A DNA stretch of 54,689 bases from a bacterium (GTDB lineage: Bacteria; Zhuqueibacterota; Zhuqueibacteria; JANLFK01; Oleimicrobiaceae). Every line of letters starts with the position of its first letter. Positions within the stretch are counted from its first letter, which is position 1. The notes under the pieces are model-generated. The model did not search any database. It worked only from the letters and a program-made list of their open reading frames with translations, and was not told where the DNA came from. Position numbers and translations under genes: made by a program. The stretch covers positions 1 to 54,689 of the forward strand of contig JBBIKH010000005.1 of assembly GCA_037445575.1 (NCBI GenBank), in the 5' to 3' direction. This document shows positions 8,828 to 18,653 of the stretch, piece by piece.

Positions 8828-10654
8828 TCAAGGGGCGCGCTCTCCTTCGGAGCCTGGGGCGCCCCGGCCCTGCAGGGCCGCAAACCTTGCCAAAAGCTCA
8901 TCGGCGTCCAGTGCCCCGACCGCCCGAAGGTCGGTTCGCTCCCGACCGTCCGGCTCCAGGAACACAAGCGTCGGCATGCCGCTCACCTTGAACTGGCGCA
9001 TCACCGCCTGTTCAGCTGGCCCCGGGGCGGTGCAATCCACCTTGACCATGACCAGTTCCCTGCTGCGCGCCACCACTTCCGGATGTCGGAATGTGGTGCG
9101 CTCCATCTGTTTGCACGGCGCACACCAGTCAGCATAGAATTCCACAAACACGGGCTTGCCGGCGGAGGCCAACTCCGTGAGGCTTTGCCCTTCGTACTTG
9201 ACCCAGCTGATGGCGGGACCACCGGCGTGCAGTGCGCCGCGAAAGAGCATTGCCCCGAGAAGAATGGCCACCAGGCCAAAGGCCGCCCTCCCTAGTTTGA
9301 ACGCTCGCGTGTAACCGGGGTGGTGGTCGAGAAAGCCCAGCAAGAGCCCTCCGAACATCGCCAGAAGGCCGAGGAAAAAGGCGAGCATGTTGGCGGCCCT
9401 CTGCGCCTGCGGGAGCACAAAGTACAGGGCCACGCCCACCAAGAGCACGCCAAAGAGCTTCCTGATCCACACCATCCACATTCCTGCCTTGGGCAGGCGG
9501 GACAGCAGCTGGGAAAACGTCGCCAGCACCAGATAGGGGAGCCCCAAACCAAGGCCCATTACGAAAAAGAGCAGCGCGCCTGTCCCGACGATGCCCAGCT
9601 TTGCCACCAGACCCACCAGGCCGATAATGATGCCTGCGGCGCACGGTGCGATCACCAGCCCTACGGTCAGGCCCATGAGCAAGGCGCCGACAATCCCTTC
9701 ACGCGCGCCCCCAAGACGGGTCAAAAGCCAGCTGGGCACGGTGATCTCGAAGGCTCCGAACATGCTCGCCGCCATAGCAAGGATAATGAGCGAGATAATC
9801 GCGACGAACCAGGGACTCTGGAATAGAAACCCCCATTGGCGCCCGGCCAGGCCGGAGATCAATCCCAAGGCGGAGAAGACCAGGGCTATGCCCAAAACAT
9901 ACACGCATGCGGCAGCGAGAGCTGCCCCCCGTCGCTGTGTGCCTCTGCTGGCGAAATAGCTGACCGTCAGAGGTAGCACGGGATAGACGCACGGCGTCAG
10001 ATTCAGCGCCAGGCCCAGCACAAAGAAGGCTACCATGGCGTACGGTAGCCCGCGCGCCAGCAGGCGCTGCGCTCGCGCTTCGTCACCCGTAAGCTCTAGT
10101 GCCTGCGTCGCACCAGGGGAAACCGGCTCGGCACCACGAGAGGTCAGCCCGCGCGTCTCCGGAGCGGACTGGACCACCGTAAGTTCCACGGCAAAGCCTA
10201 CCTGGTCCGGAGGAAAACAGGCCTGGTCTGTGCACGGTTGAAAGCTGACAGTGCCGTGCAGTCGGACTGGTCCTGGCTGCGCGTTTTTCGCAGCACTGAC
10301 AGTTGTGCTTACGCGCACGGTGTCCTCGTACACGGAAAGCTCGTCGGAGCTAAAGGGGAACTTTTTCCGCACGCCAGGGGGAAAGTTCCACGGGGCTATC
10401 GTCAACCCGCTGGGCGGTTGCAGGGAAATATCGGTGGGAATCAGCGCAGGGTCCGGAGGTTTGTGCGAATTGACATGGTAGCCCTGGGCGATGATGAGCG
10501 CGATGGTGAGCGACACTTCCTGTCCAGCGCGCACCGAGTCGCTACTGGCAGAGCTCACCACGGTTACCACAGGCGAGGTCGAAAACTGTGCCACCGCGAC
10601 GGTGGACATCAACAACACCGGTATCATTCCCTTCCAGCAGTTACTTCTGTGCAT
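8828..10654 (-). CDS. dsbD: DsbD-like thiol:disulfide interchange protein (N-terminal periplasmic domain, CcdA-type membrane core, C-terminal thioredoxin)
   Basis: Signal peptide, a central polytopic region with LTPCVYPVLP and APCAAG motifs, and a C-terminal thioredoxin fold with YADWCAPCKQME. Confidence 0.85.
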   Translation of the reverse strand: MHRSNCWKGMIPVLLMSTVAVAQFSTSPVVTVVSSASSDSVRAGQEVSLTIALIIAQGYHVNSHKPPDPALIPTDISLQPPSGLTIAPWNFPPGVRKKFPFSSDELSVYEDTVRVSTTVSAAKNAQPGPVRLHGTVSFQPCTDQACFPPDQVGFAVELTVVQSAPETRGLTSRGAEPVSPGATQALELTGDEARAQRLLARGLPYAMVAFFVLGLALNLTPCVYPVLPLTVSYFASRGTQRRGAALAAACVYVLGIALVFSALGLISGLAGRQWGFLFQSPWFVAIISLIILAMAASMFGAFEITVPSWLLTRLGGAREGIVGALLMGLTVGLVIAPCAAGIIIGLVGLVAKLGIVGTGALLFFVMGLGLGLPYLVLATFSQLLSRLPKAGMWMVWIRKLFGVLLVGVALYFVLPQAQRAANMLAFFLGLLAMFGGLLLGFLDHHPGYTRAFKLGRAAFGLVAILLGAMLFRGALHAGGPAISWVKYEGQSLTELASAGKPVFVEFYADWCAPCKQMERTTFRHPEVVARSRELVMVKVDCTAPGPAEQAVMRQFKVSGMPTLVFLEPDGRERTDLRAVGALDADELLARFAALQGRGAPGSEGERAP

Positions 10655-10695
10655 AGGCTCCTACCCGTGATCCTTGCGTCAACGTTAGAGGTCGT

Positions 10696-11358
10696 TCAAT
10701 ACTCTGACTCGTCCTTCCACCGCGTGATACGCCATTTTCCATCATGGGCGCAGCGCCGAAAGGAGAAGATGGCGGTTCCCGAAACCCGGTAGTCGATGAA
10801 CGGCCCGCTGAAGTTCACCGAGAAACTCTTGGAGAGCTCCGCCTTGTCTTCTTCCTCGAAGGCGTAGATGGTAGAGTTCCAGGTGAGGTCGATCAGATCG
10901 AAGCTTCTGAACATCCGGCCGGTGGTGCGCAGGTCAACGTCCCTGCCCCACGACATGAAGAGGCCAGAGGCCCCCTGGTTGGGGTCGAAGAAGACAAACA
11001 CGAAGGAACTGTCCAGGGTGTTGGCATACAGGAGGGAATCTTTGAACGTATAGGCGTAGCGAAAGTTCTGGAGCACCTCCTCAGGCGTCCTCTGCTCGGT
11101 GACAATGAGCTCCTCCTCGGGGCCTTGGTGCAGCGCTGGGGCAAAGGGGTTAAAGCACCGCACCACGGCCAGGATCACCAGCGCGCTTAACGTGGCACCC
11201 ACGGTCCGCACAGGGCTCTGCTTCGGCTCCGCCTGCCGTGCGGCGCAGGCCTGCGTTTGGCCGCGCCATGATGTGCCGTTTTGAGTCCGCCTGGCCCGGT
11301 AACGAAGAAGGCGGTGGGCTCCACCGCCTTCATGCCTTGCGCCGCTTTCCGTTCCCAC
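10696..11358 (-). CDS. hypothetical membrane-anchored/secreted protein, last gene of the exbB-tonB operon; paralogous in layout to 27988-28602
   Basis: The GTG start overlaps the tonB stop (TAGTG). An alternative GTG at 11211 lies directly before the hydrophobic anchor TLSALVILAVVRC. The C-terminus ...GKWRITRWKDES resembles an NTF2/SnoaL-like fold (inference). Confidence 0.55.
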   Translation of the reverse strand: MGTESGARHEGGGAHRLLRYRARRTQNGTSWRGQTQACAARQAEPKQSPVRTVGATLSALVILAVVRCFNPFAPALHQGPEEELIVTEQRTPEEVLQNFRYAYTFKDSLLYANTLDSSFVFVFFDPNQGASGLFMSWGRDVDLRTTGRMFRSFDLIDLTWNSTIYAFEEEDKAELSKSFSVNFSGPFIDYRVSGTAIFSFRRCAHDGKWRITRWKDESEY

Positions 11359-12002
11359 TACTTCAGCTTAAAGATCACAGGGATACCGATCTGCACCGTC
11401 ACCGGTTTGTCGCGCTGCTTAGCCGGTTTCCATTTGACCGACTTGACTGCAGCGATCGCCGCCTCGTCGCAGCCGTTGTTGCCCAGCGAGTTCTGCGCCC
11501 AGGCCTTGATGACCTCGCCCTTGTCGCTGATGACGGCGATGACGTAGACCTTCCCTTCCACCCCTGCCTTGCGGGCGATTTCGGGATACTTCAGGTTGGC
11601 CTGGATGGCCTGGAAGCCGCCGATAGGCTCTGGTGGCTCGTCCCAGGCCACAAAGATTTGGGCCGACTCGTCCACCTGTTCAGGCGGGGGCGGAGGGGGC
11701 GGCAGCTCCGAAAAGTCCATTTCCGTGGTGGAGATGGTCTCGTCCTCGGGGATGTCCTCGCTCTCGCTCTCGATGGGCACCGCCGGGCGGCTCGGCGCCG
11801 GCGGCCGGTCCATCTGCTCAGTCGGTGGGATCTCATCGACCTGCATTTTAAAGTCGATGCTCTCCACCTTCTGGGTCTTGATCTCGTAGCGCTTGGAGGC
11901 CTGGAACATCCCAATCAGCAGGACCAGGGCCAGCACCATGGAAAGCTGGAAGACCTTCCGGTACTGCAGCTTCAGGTCCGCCTTCGGGTCTTTCCTTGAC
12001 AT
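11358..12002 (-). CDS. tonB: energy transducer TonB
   Basis: N-terminal TM anchor, a Pro-rich spacer (PPPPPPPE) and a C-terminal TonB_C-like domain (YPEIARKAGVEGKVYV...). It follows exbB-exbD-exbD. Confidence 0.85.
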   Translation of the reverse strand: MSRKDPKADLKLQYRKVFQLSMVLALVLLIGMFQASKRYEIKTQKVESIDFKMQVDEIPPTEQMDRPPAPSRPAVPIESESEDIPEDETISTTEMDFSELPPPPPPPEQVDESAQIFVAWDEPPEPIGGFQAIQANLKYPEIARKAGVEGKVYVIAVISDKGEVIKAWAQNSLGNNGCDEAAIAAVKSVKWKPAKQRDKPVTVQIGIPVIFKLK

Positions 12003-12014
12003 GGCTCCATCACC

Positions 12015-12440
12015 TCACTCTCCGGCAGGTTTCGCCGAGTAGTTGATATTGAGGGCGTCCGCCTTGCGCAACTCCTCCTGGATGTCGACAATCACACCCA
12101 TCTCCGCGTCCTTGTCCACCCGCATCGACACCACCTTCAACGGGTGCAAGGGGTCGACGCGTTTCTTGTACATGATCCCGGAGATGTCCCGCACGTCGAC
12201 CAGTTTGTCATCCACGGAGATGCGCTGCAGACGGTCTACCCACACGTACGCCACATCGCGTTTGCCGGGGAGCTTCTCAATCTGTTTGGCCTTGGGGAGC
12301 ACAACCGGCAGCCCGCGATACTGCTTGAAGACGGTCGCCACCAGAAAGAACAACAGCAACATGAAGATGATGTCCGGCAGCGAAGCCGTCGGGATCGCCG
12401 CGGAGGCTTTCTCTTTCTTCCGGAACTTCAATTCTTTCAC
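12015..12440 (-). CDS. exbD: ExbD/TolR-family biopolymer transport protein
   Basis: 141 aa, single TM (LPDIIFMLLLFFLV), typical ExbD periplasmic domain, operon context. Confidence 0.85.
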   Translation of the reverse strand: MKELKFRKKEKASAAIPTASLPDIIFMLLLFFLVATVFKQYRGLPVVLPKAKQIEKLPGKRDVAYVWVDRLQRISVDDKLVDVRDISGIMYKKRVDPLHPLKVVSMRVDKDAEMGVIVDIQEELRKADALNINYSAKPAGE

Positions 12441-12476
12441 TCCTTCCCAGTAGCAAAGGTTCCCCGACCGCTCTGC

Positions 12477-12878
12477 CTACCGCTCGGGTTCGGCGATCGA
12501 AATACGCGGTGCTTTCGCCTGCTTGACCTGGTCGAGCACCGCAATGTAGACATCGTAAGGAGTGCGACGATCGGTCTTCACAGAGACGATCAACTGCGGA
12601 CGCTCGGCCAACCTCTGCTTGATGGCCTCCCGGATCATCTTGATTTCGATCGGTTGCCTGTCCAGCATTACCTGCCCGCTGGCGTTGATCAGCAGGTTGG
12701 CAATGTTCTCCTTCCGCACCTCTTTGGTCTCTCCCTTGGGGGGCAACGCCAGGCCGATCCCCTTGTCCACGTCAATGGTGGTGGTGAGCAAGAAGAACGT
12801 CAGCAGAAGGAAGACAATGTCCGACAGGGAAGCCTGTGGGATATCAACCTTGCGCTCTTTTCTGCGCTCCACTAGCAT
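12477..12878 (-). CDS. exbD: ExbD/TolR-family biopolymer transport protein (second copy)
   Basis: 133 aa, LSDIVFLLLTFFLL TM segment, ExbD-like C-terminal domain. Confidence 0.85.
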   Translation of the reverse strand: MLVERRKERKVDIPQASLSDIVFLLLTFFLLTTTIDVDKGIGLALPPKGETKEVRKENIANLLINASGQVMLDRQPIEIKMIREAIKQRLAERPQLIVSVKTDRRTPYDVYIAVLDQVKQAKAPRISIAEPER

Positions 12879-12899
12879 GATAGCTCTCCTCGCGAGGAG

Positions 12900-13514
12900 C
12901 TACTTGGTCTTTTCCATCTCGACCAATGCATCGATAAAGTCGACCGAGCTCTCCTCCATGTCAATGACCAACCGGTCGATGCGTGACACGAAAAAGTTGT
13001 GGGCCGCCTGCATGATAATCGCCACGATCAACCCAAACACCGTAGTCAGCAATGCCTGAGAGATACCGTCGGCAACGATTGTGGGGGAGATGTCATTGGC
13101 CTTGGCAATGGCGTCGAAGGCGGTGACCATGCCCCACACCGTGCCCAAAAACCCAAGCATGGGGGCCACGCTCACTACCGTCGCCAACCAGACGAGGCCT
13201 CTTTCCAAAAAAGCCATCTCGATGGACCCGGCATTGACAATGGCCTTCTCCACCTGGTCAATCCCGCGGTCGGCTCGCAACAGACCGGCGTGAAAGATAG
13301 CTGCCACCGGCCCGCGAGTCTTCTCGCACAATTCCAAAGCTTGCTTGACCCCCCCGGTCTTGAGCGCATTGCGAATCTGCGCCAGGAACTTGCGCGTCTT
13401 AACCGACGCCCGCGACAGTGTCCACAACCGCTCGAAAGTGATGGCCAGGCCGAAAATGAGCAGTGCAAGGATCGGCCACATAAACACGCCACCGCGAAGA
13501 TACAGTTCGACCAT
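12900..13514 (-). CDS. exbB: MotA/TolQ/ExbB proton-channel protein
   Basis: Three TM segments and the conserved MLGFLGTVWGM...ALLTTVFGL region. GAGGAG RBS. Confidence 0.9.
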   Translation of the reverse strand: MVELYLRGGVFMWPILALLIFGLAITFERLWTLSRASVKTRKFLAQIRNALKTGGVKQALELCEKTRGPVAAIFHAGLLRADRGIDQVEKAIVNAGSIEMAFLERGLVWLATVVSVAPMLGFLGTVWGMVTAFDAIAKANDISPTIVADGISQALLTTVFGLIVAIIMQAAHNFFVSRIDRLVIDMEESSVDFIDALVEMEKTK

Positions 13515-13577
13515 GCTACCTTCTCCTCTTCAACAAGTTAGAAGCCTGCGACGGACGGCCCATCCATTGTTGCTGTA

Positions 13578-13606
13578 AGTATAATGAATTTTTGCCTAAA
13601 TGTCAA
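13578..13606 (-). promoter_or_regulatory. near-consensus sigma70 promoter of the exbB-exbD-exbD-tonB operon (TTGACA-N17-TATACT)
   Basis: Minus strand reads ctgTTGACAtttaggcaaaaattcatTATACTtac. The -10 element lies about 64 nt upstream of the exbB ATG. Confidence 0.6.
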
Positions 13607-13700
13607 CAGTTTTTTCGCACGGGGTCCCACTTCCTCAGCCCACAGGTAGCGACGACGACCTAAGGCTTACCCTCCGCTGTCTCCTCCTGCGCACCCCTGT

Positions 13701-15296
13701 TCACTCTCGACTACCTGACCATTCCCCTCCAGTCCGGTTCGCCACCTGCAGCAGCCGCCTGGCCTCCTGAAACTGGCCACGAGCCGTCTCCACAAAAGGG
13801 TCCTGCGCCACTGCAACCTGGTAGAAGGTGGTAATGCCCCAAAGGTGGCGTGCAATTTCGTTCTTTATGGCGCGCCGCCAAAACTCATGATCCGCCGCCC
13901 CCAGTCGCTCGTCGTAACGCACGTTCCGCCGCAGCAACAGCCTGCGAAATTCCAGGAGCATGCCATCGTCGACGACAAAGCGTTCCTTGAACGCCGCAGG
14001 GTGTCGGGCAAGGGTTCGATGCCGGGCCGCATAGTCCGCTCCGTACTCGAAAAAGAGCCCCTCGCTCATCAGGCGGAGGCTGAGCGTGCTGACAGCTGGC
14101 GCGTTCACCTCCACATCGGGGACAATGCCTCCGCCGCCATACACGGGGCGGCCGCCCATGGTGCGGAACCGAGGTCGCACCGGCTTGGCCCGCTCTGGGG
14201 CCCCTACACTGCTGCTGGCTTCGGCCGTAAGCCCTTGATAGGTGCTCTGGATAAGCCGCCCGCAGGGTGTGTAGTAGCGGGCAATGGTTACGCGCAACAC
14301 TCCCCCTTCAGTTAACGGTATCTCTTGCTGGACGGAGGCTTTGCCAAAGGTCGGCTCCCCCACAATGATCGCCCGATCCCAGTCCTGAAGGGCACCGGCA
14401 ACCACCTCCGCGGCACTGGCCGAGCCGCCGTCTACGATTACCACCAGGGGCAGATCTGCATAAGGGGTGGGGTCAGTGGAGGCGAGTTGGTCGCTGGCAC
14501 TGGTGCTGCGGCCTCGGGTGTAGACAATTGTCCTGCCGCCGGGGATGAAGCGGTCGGCAACCTCGTGCGCCTGCGTCAAGAAGCCACCTGCGTTGGAGCG
14601 CAGATCCAGCACAAGTTGGACCATCCCTTGCCGACGCAGTTCCGCCAAGGCGCAGTCCAGCTCGCGACCGGCGTTGCGCGAGAAGGAGGCAAGGCGCACG
14701 TAGCCAGTGCCTGCATCCAGCATGAAAGCGCAGGCCACGCTCGTGAGCGGGATCCTCTGCCGCTGCAGGTTCACCCTCACCAGCTCCTCAGCCCCTGGCC
14801 TGCGCAGGCTCAAGGAGACGCTGCTGCCCGGTCGTCCGCGCAGGCGCTCCTGAATCTGCTTGGCCTCAAGCCCCAAAGTGGACTCGCCGTCAATGCTGAG
14901 GATCTTGTCCCCTGGCCGGATGCCTGCCCGCTCGGCAGGACTGCCAGCCTGTGGCGCCACCACCACAGGCACCCGATTCAGCACGACAAACTCAATGCCC
15001 GTGCCCTCATAGTAGCCGTTGAGCCGCTGCTCGCTGTCAGTCGTCTGGCTCGGGGGCAGGTACTCCGTGTGCGGATCAAGTTCGCTGAGCATACCCCGGA
15101 TTGCCGCCTCAACTAACCGTGCGGGGTCCACCTCATCCACGTAGTAACGACGCACGGCATTGAATACGGCGACGAAGCGCCGCAGATGGTCTTGCGCTGC
15201 CGCCACCGTAGCCGCCGCCTTGGCGTTAAGAAAATACAGCCCAAGGGCAAGCAAAAGGCAAAGCGGAGGTATGATCAGCGTCAGTCGTCTGTTCAA
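13701..15296 (-). CDS. S41-family C-terminal processing (tail-specific) peptidase with PDZ domain
   Basis: GSASAAEVVAGALQD (Ser nucleophile region), TFGKASVQ (Lys region) and a PDZ-like segment GSPAERAGIRPGDKILSIDG. The TTG start overlaps the GH57 stop (TTGA). Confidence 0.9.
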   Translation of the reverse strand: MNRRLTLIIPPLCLLLALGLYFLNAKAAATVAAAQDHLRRFVAVFNAVRRYYVDEVDPARLVEAAIRGMLSELDPHTEYLPPSQTTDSEQRLNGYYEGTGIEFVVLNRVPVVVAPQAGSPAERAGIRPGDKILSIDGESTLGLEAKQIQERLRGRPGSSVSLSLRRPGAEELVRVNLQRQRIPLTSVACAFMLDAGTGYVRLASFSRNAGRELDCALAELRRQGMVQLVLDLRSNAGGFLTQAHEVADRFIPGGRTIVYTRGRSTSASDQLASTDPTPYADLPLVVIVDGGSASAAEVVAGALQDWDRAIIVGEPTFGKASVQQEIPLTEGGVLRVTIARYYTPCGRLIQSTYQGLTAEASSSVGAPERAKPVRPRFRTMGGRPVYGGGGIVPDVEVNAPAVSTLSLRLMSEGLFFEYGADYAARHRTLARHPAAFKERFVVDDGMLLEFRRLLLRRNVRYDERLGAADHEFWRRAIKNEIARHLWGITTFYQVAVAQDPFVETARGQFQEARRLLQVANRTGGEWSGSRE

Positions 15297-17473
15297 CTGC
15301 CAATCCCCTCACACGCCATACGGACCTGCACGCGCCAGCTCTGTCGTGGTTCGATCCTCAGGCGCCAGAGGGGGACCACGGCAGAGCTCTGGTAAACGCG
15401 CTCAAAGCCACCTTCCGATTGGGAGATCGTTTCGATGGGGAAACGCCACACCGTGGCTGGCCGATCAAAGCCGATGCGCACCCGTAGCCCACGCCACTCG
15501 TCGGTGAGCATAACTTCGCGCACACCCTCTTCTTCTCCGCTGCTGGCAAGGTGCGGCGCGGCCGGTCTCCGGCCGTCAAAGGTGAAATAACGGTCTGGGG
15601 CGTTCCCTGCCTGGAGGGCAACATTGAACTCCACGCCGAAGCACAGGTGCAGTGGGCTCTCCTCCGGGTTCTGCAGTTCGTACCAGACCACCACCTCGTC
15701 GCTGCCGCCGCTGGCCACCAGTTTCTTGCTGAGCGCCACCCTCTGCACCACCGTCCCTACCCTCACATGGCCCAGTCTGCGCAAATGAATCACAACGCCC
15801 GCCCTTTCTTTCCGCACCGTCAAATCGTAGGGCGAGTTCACAAAGTCGCCGCACTCCTGGTGGCGTGCCGCAGCCAGGTCTTGCAGCGTTGTCTCGGGGG
15901 TGAGAAAATGGTCCACCAACGATTTATGCTCATACCAGTCGTAGTGCAGACGCCGCTCAAGGCCCTCTTCCTTCACCAAAACCAGGTCGTGAATGCTGGC
16001 AACGCCTTTCTCCGCGGGATTGCTCTCGGGACCGGCGTTGGCAGCTGTCAGCTTGCGGTGGTACCCTTCTGGGCGCCGCGCCATCGTGTCCAGAAGGTTG
16101 ATCGCCTTCGGCTTGCAATCCCATTCCGTCAGCGCACCCCCCTTGTCCGGCGCCACGTATAGGTTCAGGCGATCCGTCTCGACGATCACCTCGCGCTGCC
16201 CGTCGGCATCAAAGTCCGTCACCTGGACGCGTGCCCATCTCGTGCCATGCTCGCCCTGTTCCAGCCAATCCAGGGTCGCCTCGGCCTGAATGAGCTCGCG
16301 GTAGATGGCGGCACGCAGGTTGTTCAGATAGAGCCCGCCGAATACCCCGTGCCAATAGGGACAATTGCACTGGGCCGCCCACAAGTGGTCCCGAGCCTGC
16401 GAGATGAGCCTGCCCCGGTGCTGCCGCGCCAGCTTGGCCACCCTGCGGCTGACCCGGAGCATCCGCTTGTGCATGTGGTTAGCCTCAGGATACTTGGCGA
16501 AAAAGTTCCGCCAGAAGCCTCCCCGGACAAAGACCTTGTACCGTTCCAACAGGTGCGCCTGTTCGAGCTTTTCCTCAAAATCCTCGTACTCGTGGATGGC
16601 ACGCACCGGCAAGGCCCATTCCATCATCTCCCGGTAAGAGGCCGTAGGCAGGTACACTCTCCCTGCCGGGGGCAGAAGCTGCAAGGCCTCGGTAAAATGG
16701 ACGAGCCTGATCCAGTCCTGGTTTTCCTCCAGAACCCTCAGAAAGCGTTCCAACCAGCCACCTGCATAGCAATGCGCATGGGTGCCTGGCCAAATCCCAA
16801 ACTTTTCCCCGTCATCGGCAAAGACCACCAGCCTGGTGCCATCCTCGGTGGCCAACGAGCGAAGATAGTCGATGGTCACTTCAGGCTCTTGGAAGGGGAT
16901 CGTGTAGCGGAGGCGCTCACTGATGGGAAACACTGCAAGAACATCCCCCTCGTTCTCCGTCAGGTAGTACCCGAGGAGATCTTCCTCCGCAAGGCCGGCG
17001 TATTTGAAGTGGGCGTCATCCACGACCGTGTAGCGGATGCCGGCTCTGCTCAGAGGGGTAGGCAGGTGTGGTTCCCAAATCCTCTCGGCCAGCCACATCC
17101 CTGTGGGCTGATAACCGGTGAGTTGGGTGACGTAGCCGGTGAGCTTGGCGATCTGCCCCAGCTTGTCCTCGTCGGGGATGGTGATCATGATCGGCTCATA
17201 ATACCCGCCGGTCATCATCTCCACCTGACCGCGCTTCACCATCTCCCGCATAAGGCCTATGAAATCAGGGTACCGTGTCGCGATCCATTCCAACAAGATC
17301 CCTGTGTAGTGGAGTGCTACCTTGACGTTGGGGTGACGGTACAGCGCCTCAAGAAACGGCCGATAGGCTCGGTCAAAACCCTCTTGAAAGACAAAGTCAA
17401 AGTTGCCCACCGGCTGATGGCTATGGACGCCCAACGCCAGATTGATCTTTTTCACACCTTCCCTCGCCGACAT
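15293..17473 (-). CDS. GH57-family alpha-amylase / 4-alpha-glucanotransferase-like protein
   Basis: HSHQPVGNF N-terminal signature, GMWLAERIWEP (nucleophile region) and FADDGEKFG (acid/base region). Confidence 0.85.
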   Translation of the reverse strand: MSAREGVKKINLALGVHSHQPVGNFDFVFQEGFDRAYRPFLEALYRHPNVKVALHYTGILLEWIATRYPDFIGLMREMVKRGQVEMMTGGYYEPIMITIPDEDKLGQIAKLTGYVTQLTGYQPTGMWLAERIWEPHLPTPLSRAGIRYTVVDDAHFKYAGLAEEDLLGYYLTENEGDVLAVFPISERLRYTIPFQEPEVTIDYLRSLATEDGTRLVVFADDGEKFGIWPGTHAHCYAGGWLERFLRVLEENQDWIRLVHFTEALQLLPPAGRVYLPTASYREMMEWALPVRAIHEYEDFEEKLEQAHLLERYKVFVRGGFWRNFFAKYPEANHMHKRMLRVSRRVAKLARQHRGRLISQARDHLWAAQCNCPYWHGVFGGLYLNNLRAAIYRELIQAEATLDWLEQGEHGTRWARVQVTDFDADGQREVIVETDRLNLYVAPDKGGALTEWDCKPKAINLLDTMARRPEGYHRKLTAANAGPESNPAEKGVASIHDLVLVKEEGLERRLHYDWYEHKSLVDHFLTPETTLQDLAAARHQECGDFVNSPYDLTVRKERAGVVIHLRRLGHVRVGTVVQRVALSKKLVASGGSDEVVVWYELQNPEESPLHLCFGVEFNVALQAGNAPDRYFTFDGRRPAAPHLASSGEEEGVREVMLTDEWRGLRVRIGFDRPATVWRFPIETISQSEGGFERVYQSSAVVPLWRLRIEPRQSWRVQVRMACEGIGS

Positions 17474-17525
17474 TCACCGGTCCATTCCCGAATGAGCCAA
17501 GACATGGGCGGCAGTGCCCTTGTCT

Positions 17526-18644
17526 TCACAGCTTGCTCGCCACGGCGTGGGCCATGTCCAGGGTGCTCGCATTGCCGCCCATGTCGTAGGTGCGCACTTT
17601 GCCCTCTTTGATCACCTTGGCGATCGCCGTTTCCAGCCGCTGGGCCATCTCTGCTTCGCCCAGCCAGTCGAACATCAGCTTCACCGCCAGGAGCATGGCC
17701 ATAGGGTTCACCTTGTACTGGCCGGCATACTTCGGAGCCGAGCCGTGCGTTGGTTCGAAGATGGCATAGTCATCGCCAATGTTGCCGCTGCTTGCAAACC
17801 CGAGTCCGCCCACCAACTGCGCACATAGGTCGGAAATGATGTCGCCAAACATGTTCGAGGTGACCAGCACGCCATAGTCCAGCGGATTCTTGAGCAGCCA
17901 CATGCAGATCGCATCGATGTTGGCTTCCCAAAGCTGAATTTCCGGGTAGTCCTTGGCAACGTTGCGGGCCTCGCGGATCATCAGGCCGGAGGTTTCGCGA
18001 ATGACGTTTGGCTTTTCCACGACGGTTACGGTCTTGTACCCATGCTTGCGCGCGTACTCGAAGGCATCGCGCACGATGTTTCTGCTGGCTTGGCGGGTGA
18101 TGATGCGCAGCGAGATGGCCATGTCCTCGTCGGCCACATGGGAGAAGCGACGCATCTTTGGGTGCTCCTGCTCAAGCACACTGCGCACCGCTCGCGGCAC
18201 CGGGTGGAACTCCACCCCGGCGTACAGGTCTTCCGTGTTTTCCCTGAACACCACCAGGTCGATTCCTTCCCGGTAGTTCAAGGGGTTTCCCTCATAGGCT
18301 CGGCAGGGTCGCAGGTTCGTCCGGAGGTTGAATTCCTGGCGCAGGCGCACAATGGGACTCGAGTAGACCAACCCTTTGCCCTGGAGCTCAGGCACCAACT
18401 CCTTCTCCGCTTCCTCCTTCGGCTTGGAGGTAATGGCGCCAAACAGGCAGCAGTCGGTTTCCTTCAACAGTTTGATCGTCCGGTCGGGCAGCGGGTTGCC
18501 CTCCTTGCACCAGAACTCCCAGCCGATGTCCCCGGGCAGATACTCGGCATCAAATTGCATCTTGTCAAGCACGATGCGCGCAGCCTCCATCACGTCTTTG
18601 CCGACGCCGTCGCCGGCAAGCCACGCAATGCGATACTTCGCCAT
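17526..18644 (-). CDS. isocitrate/isopropylmalate dehydrogenase-family protein (NAD-IDH / homoisocitrate dehydrogenase-like)
   Basis: IAWLAGDGVGKDV N-terminus and NMFGDIISDLCAQLVGGLGFASSGNIG...FEPTHGSAPKYAG signature. Confidence 0.85.
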   Translation of the reverse strand: MAKYRIAWLAGDGVGKDVMEAARIVLDKMQFDAEYLPGDIGWEFWCKEGNPLPDRTIKLLKETDCCLFGAITSKPKEEAEKELVPELQGKGLVYSSPIVRLRQEFNLRTNLRPCRAYEGNPLNYREGIDLVVFRENTEDLYAGVEFHPVPRAVRSVLEQEHPKMRRFSHVADEDMAISLRIITRQASRNIVRDAFEYARKHGYKTVTVVEKPNVIRETSGLMIREARNVAKDYPEIQLWEANIDAICMWLLKNPLDYGVLVTSNMFGDIISDLCAQLVGGLGFASSGNIGDDYAIFEPTHGSAPKYAGQYKVNPMAMLLAVKLMFDWLGEAEMAQRLETAIAKVIKEGKVRTYDMGGNASTLDMAHAVASKL

Positions 18645-18653
18645 GCCTCCTCC

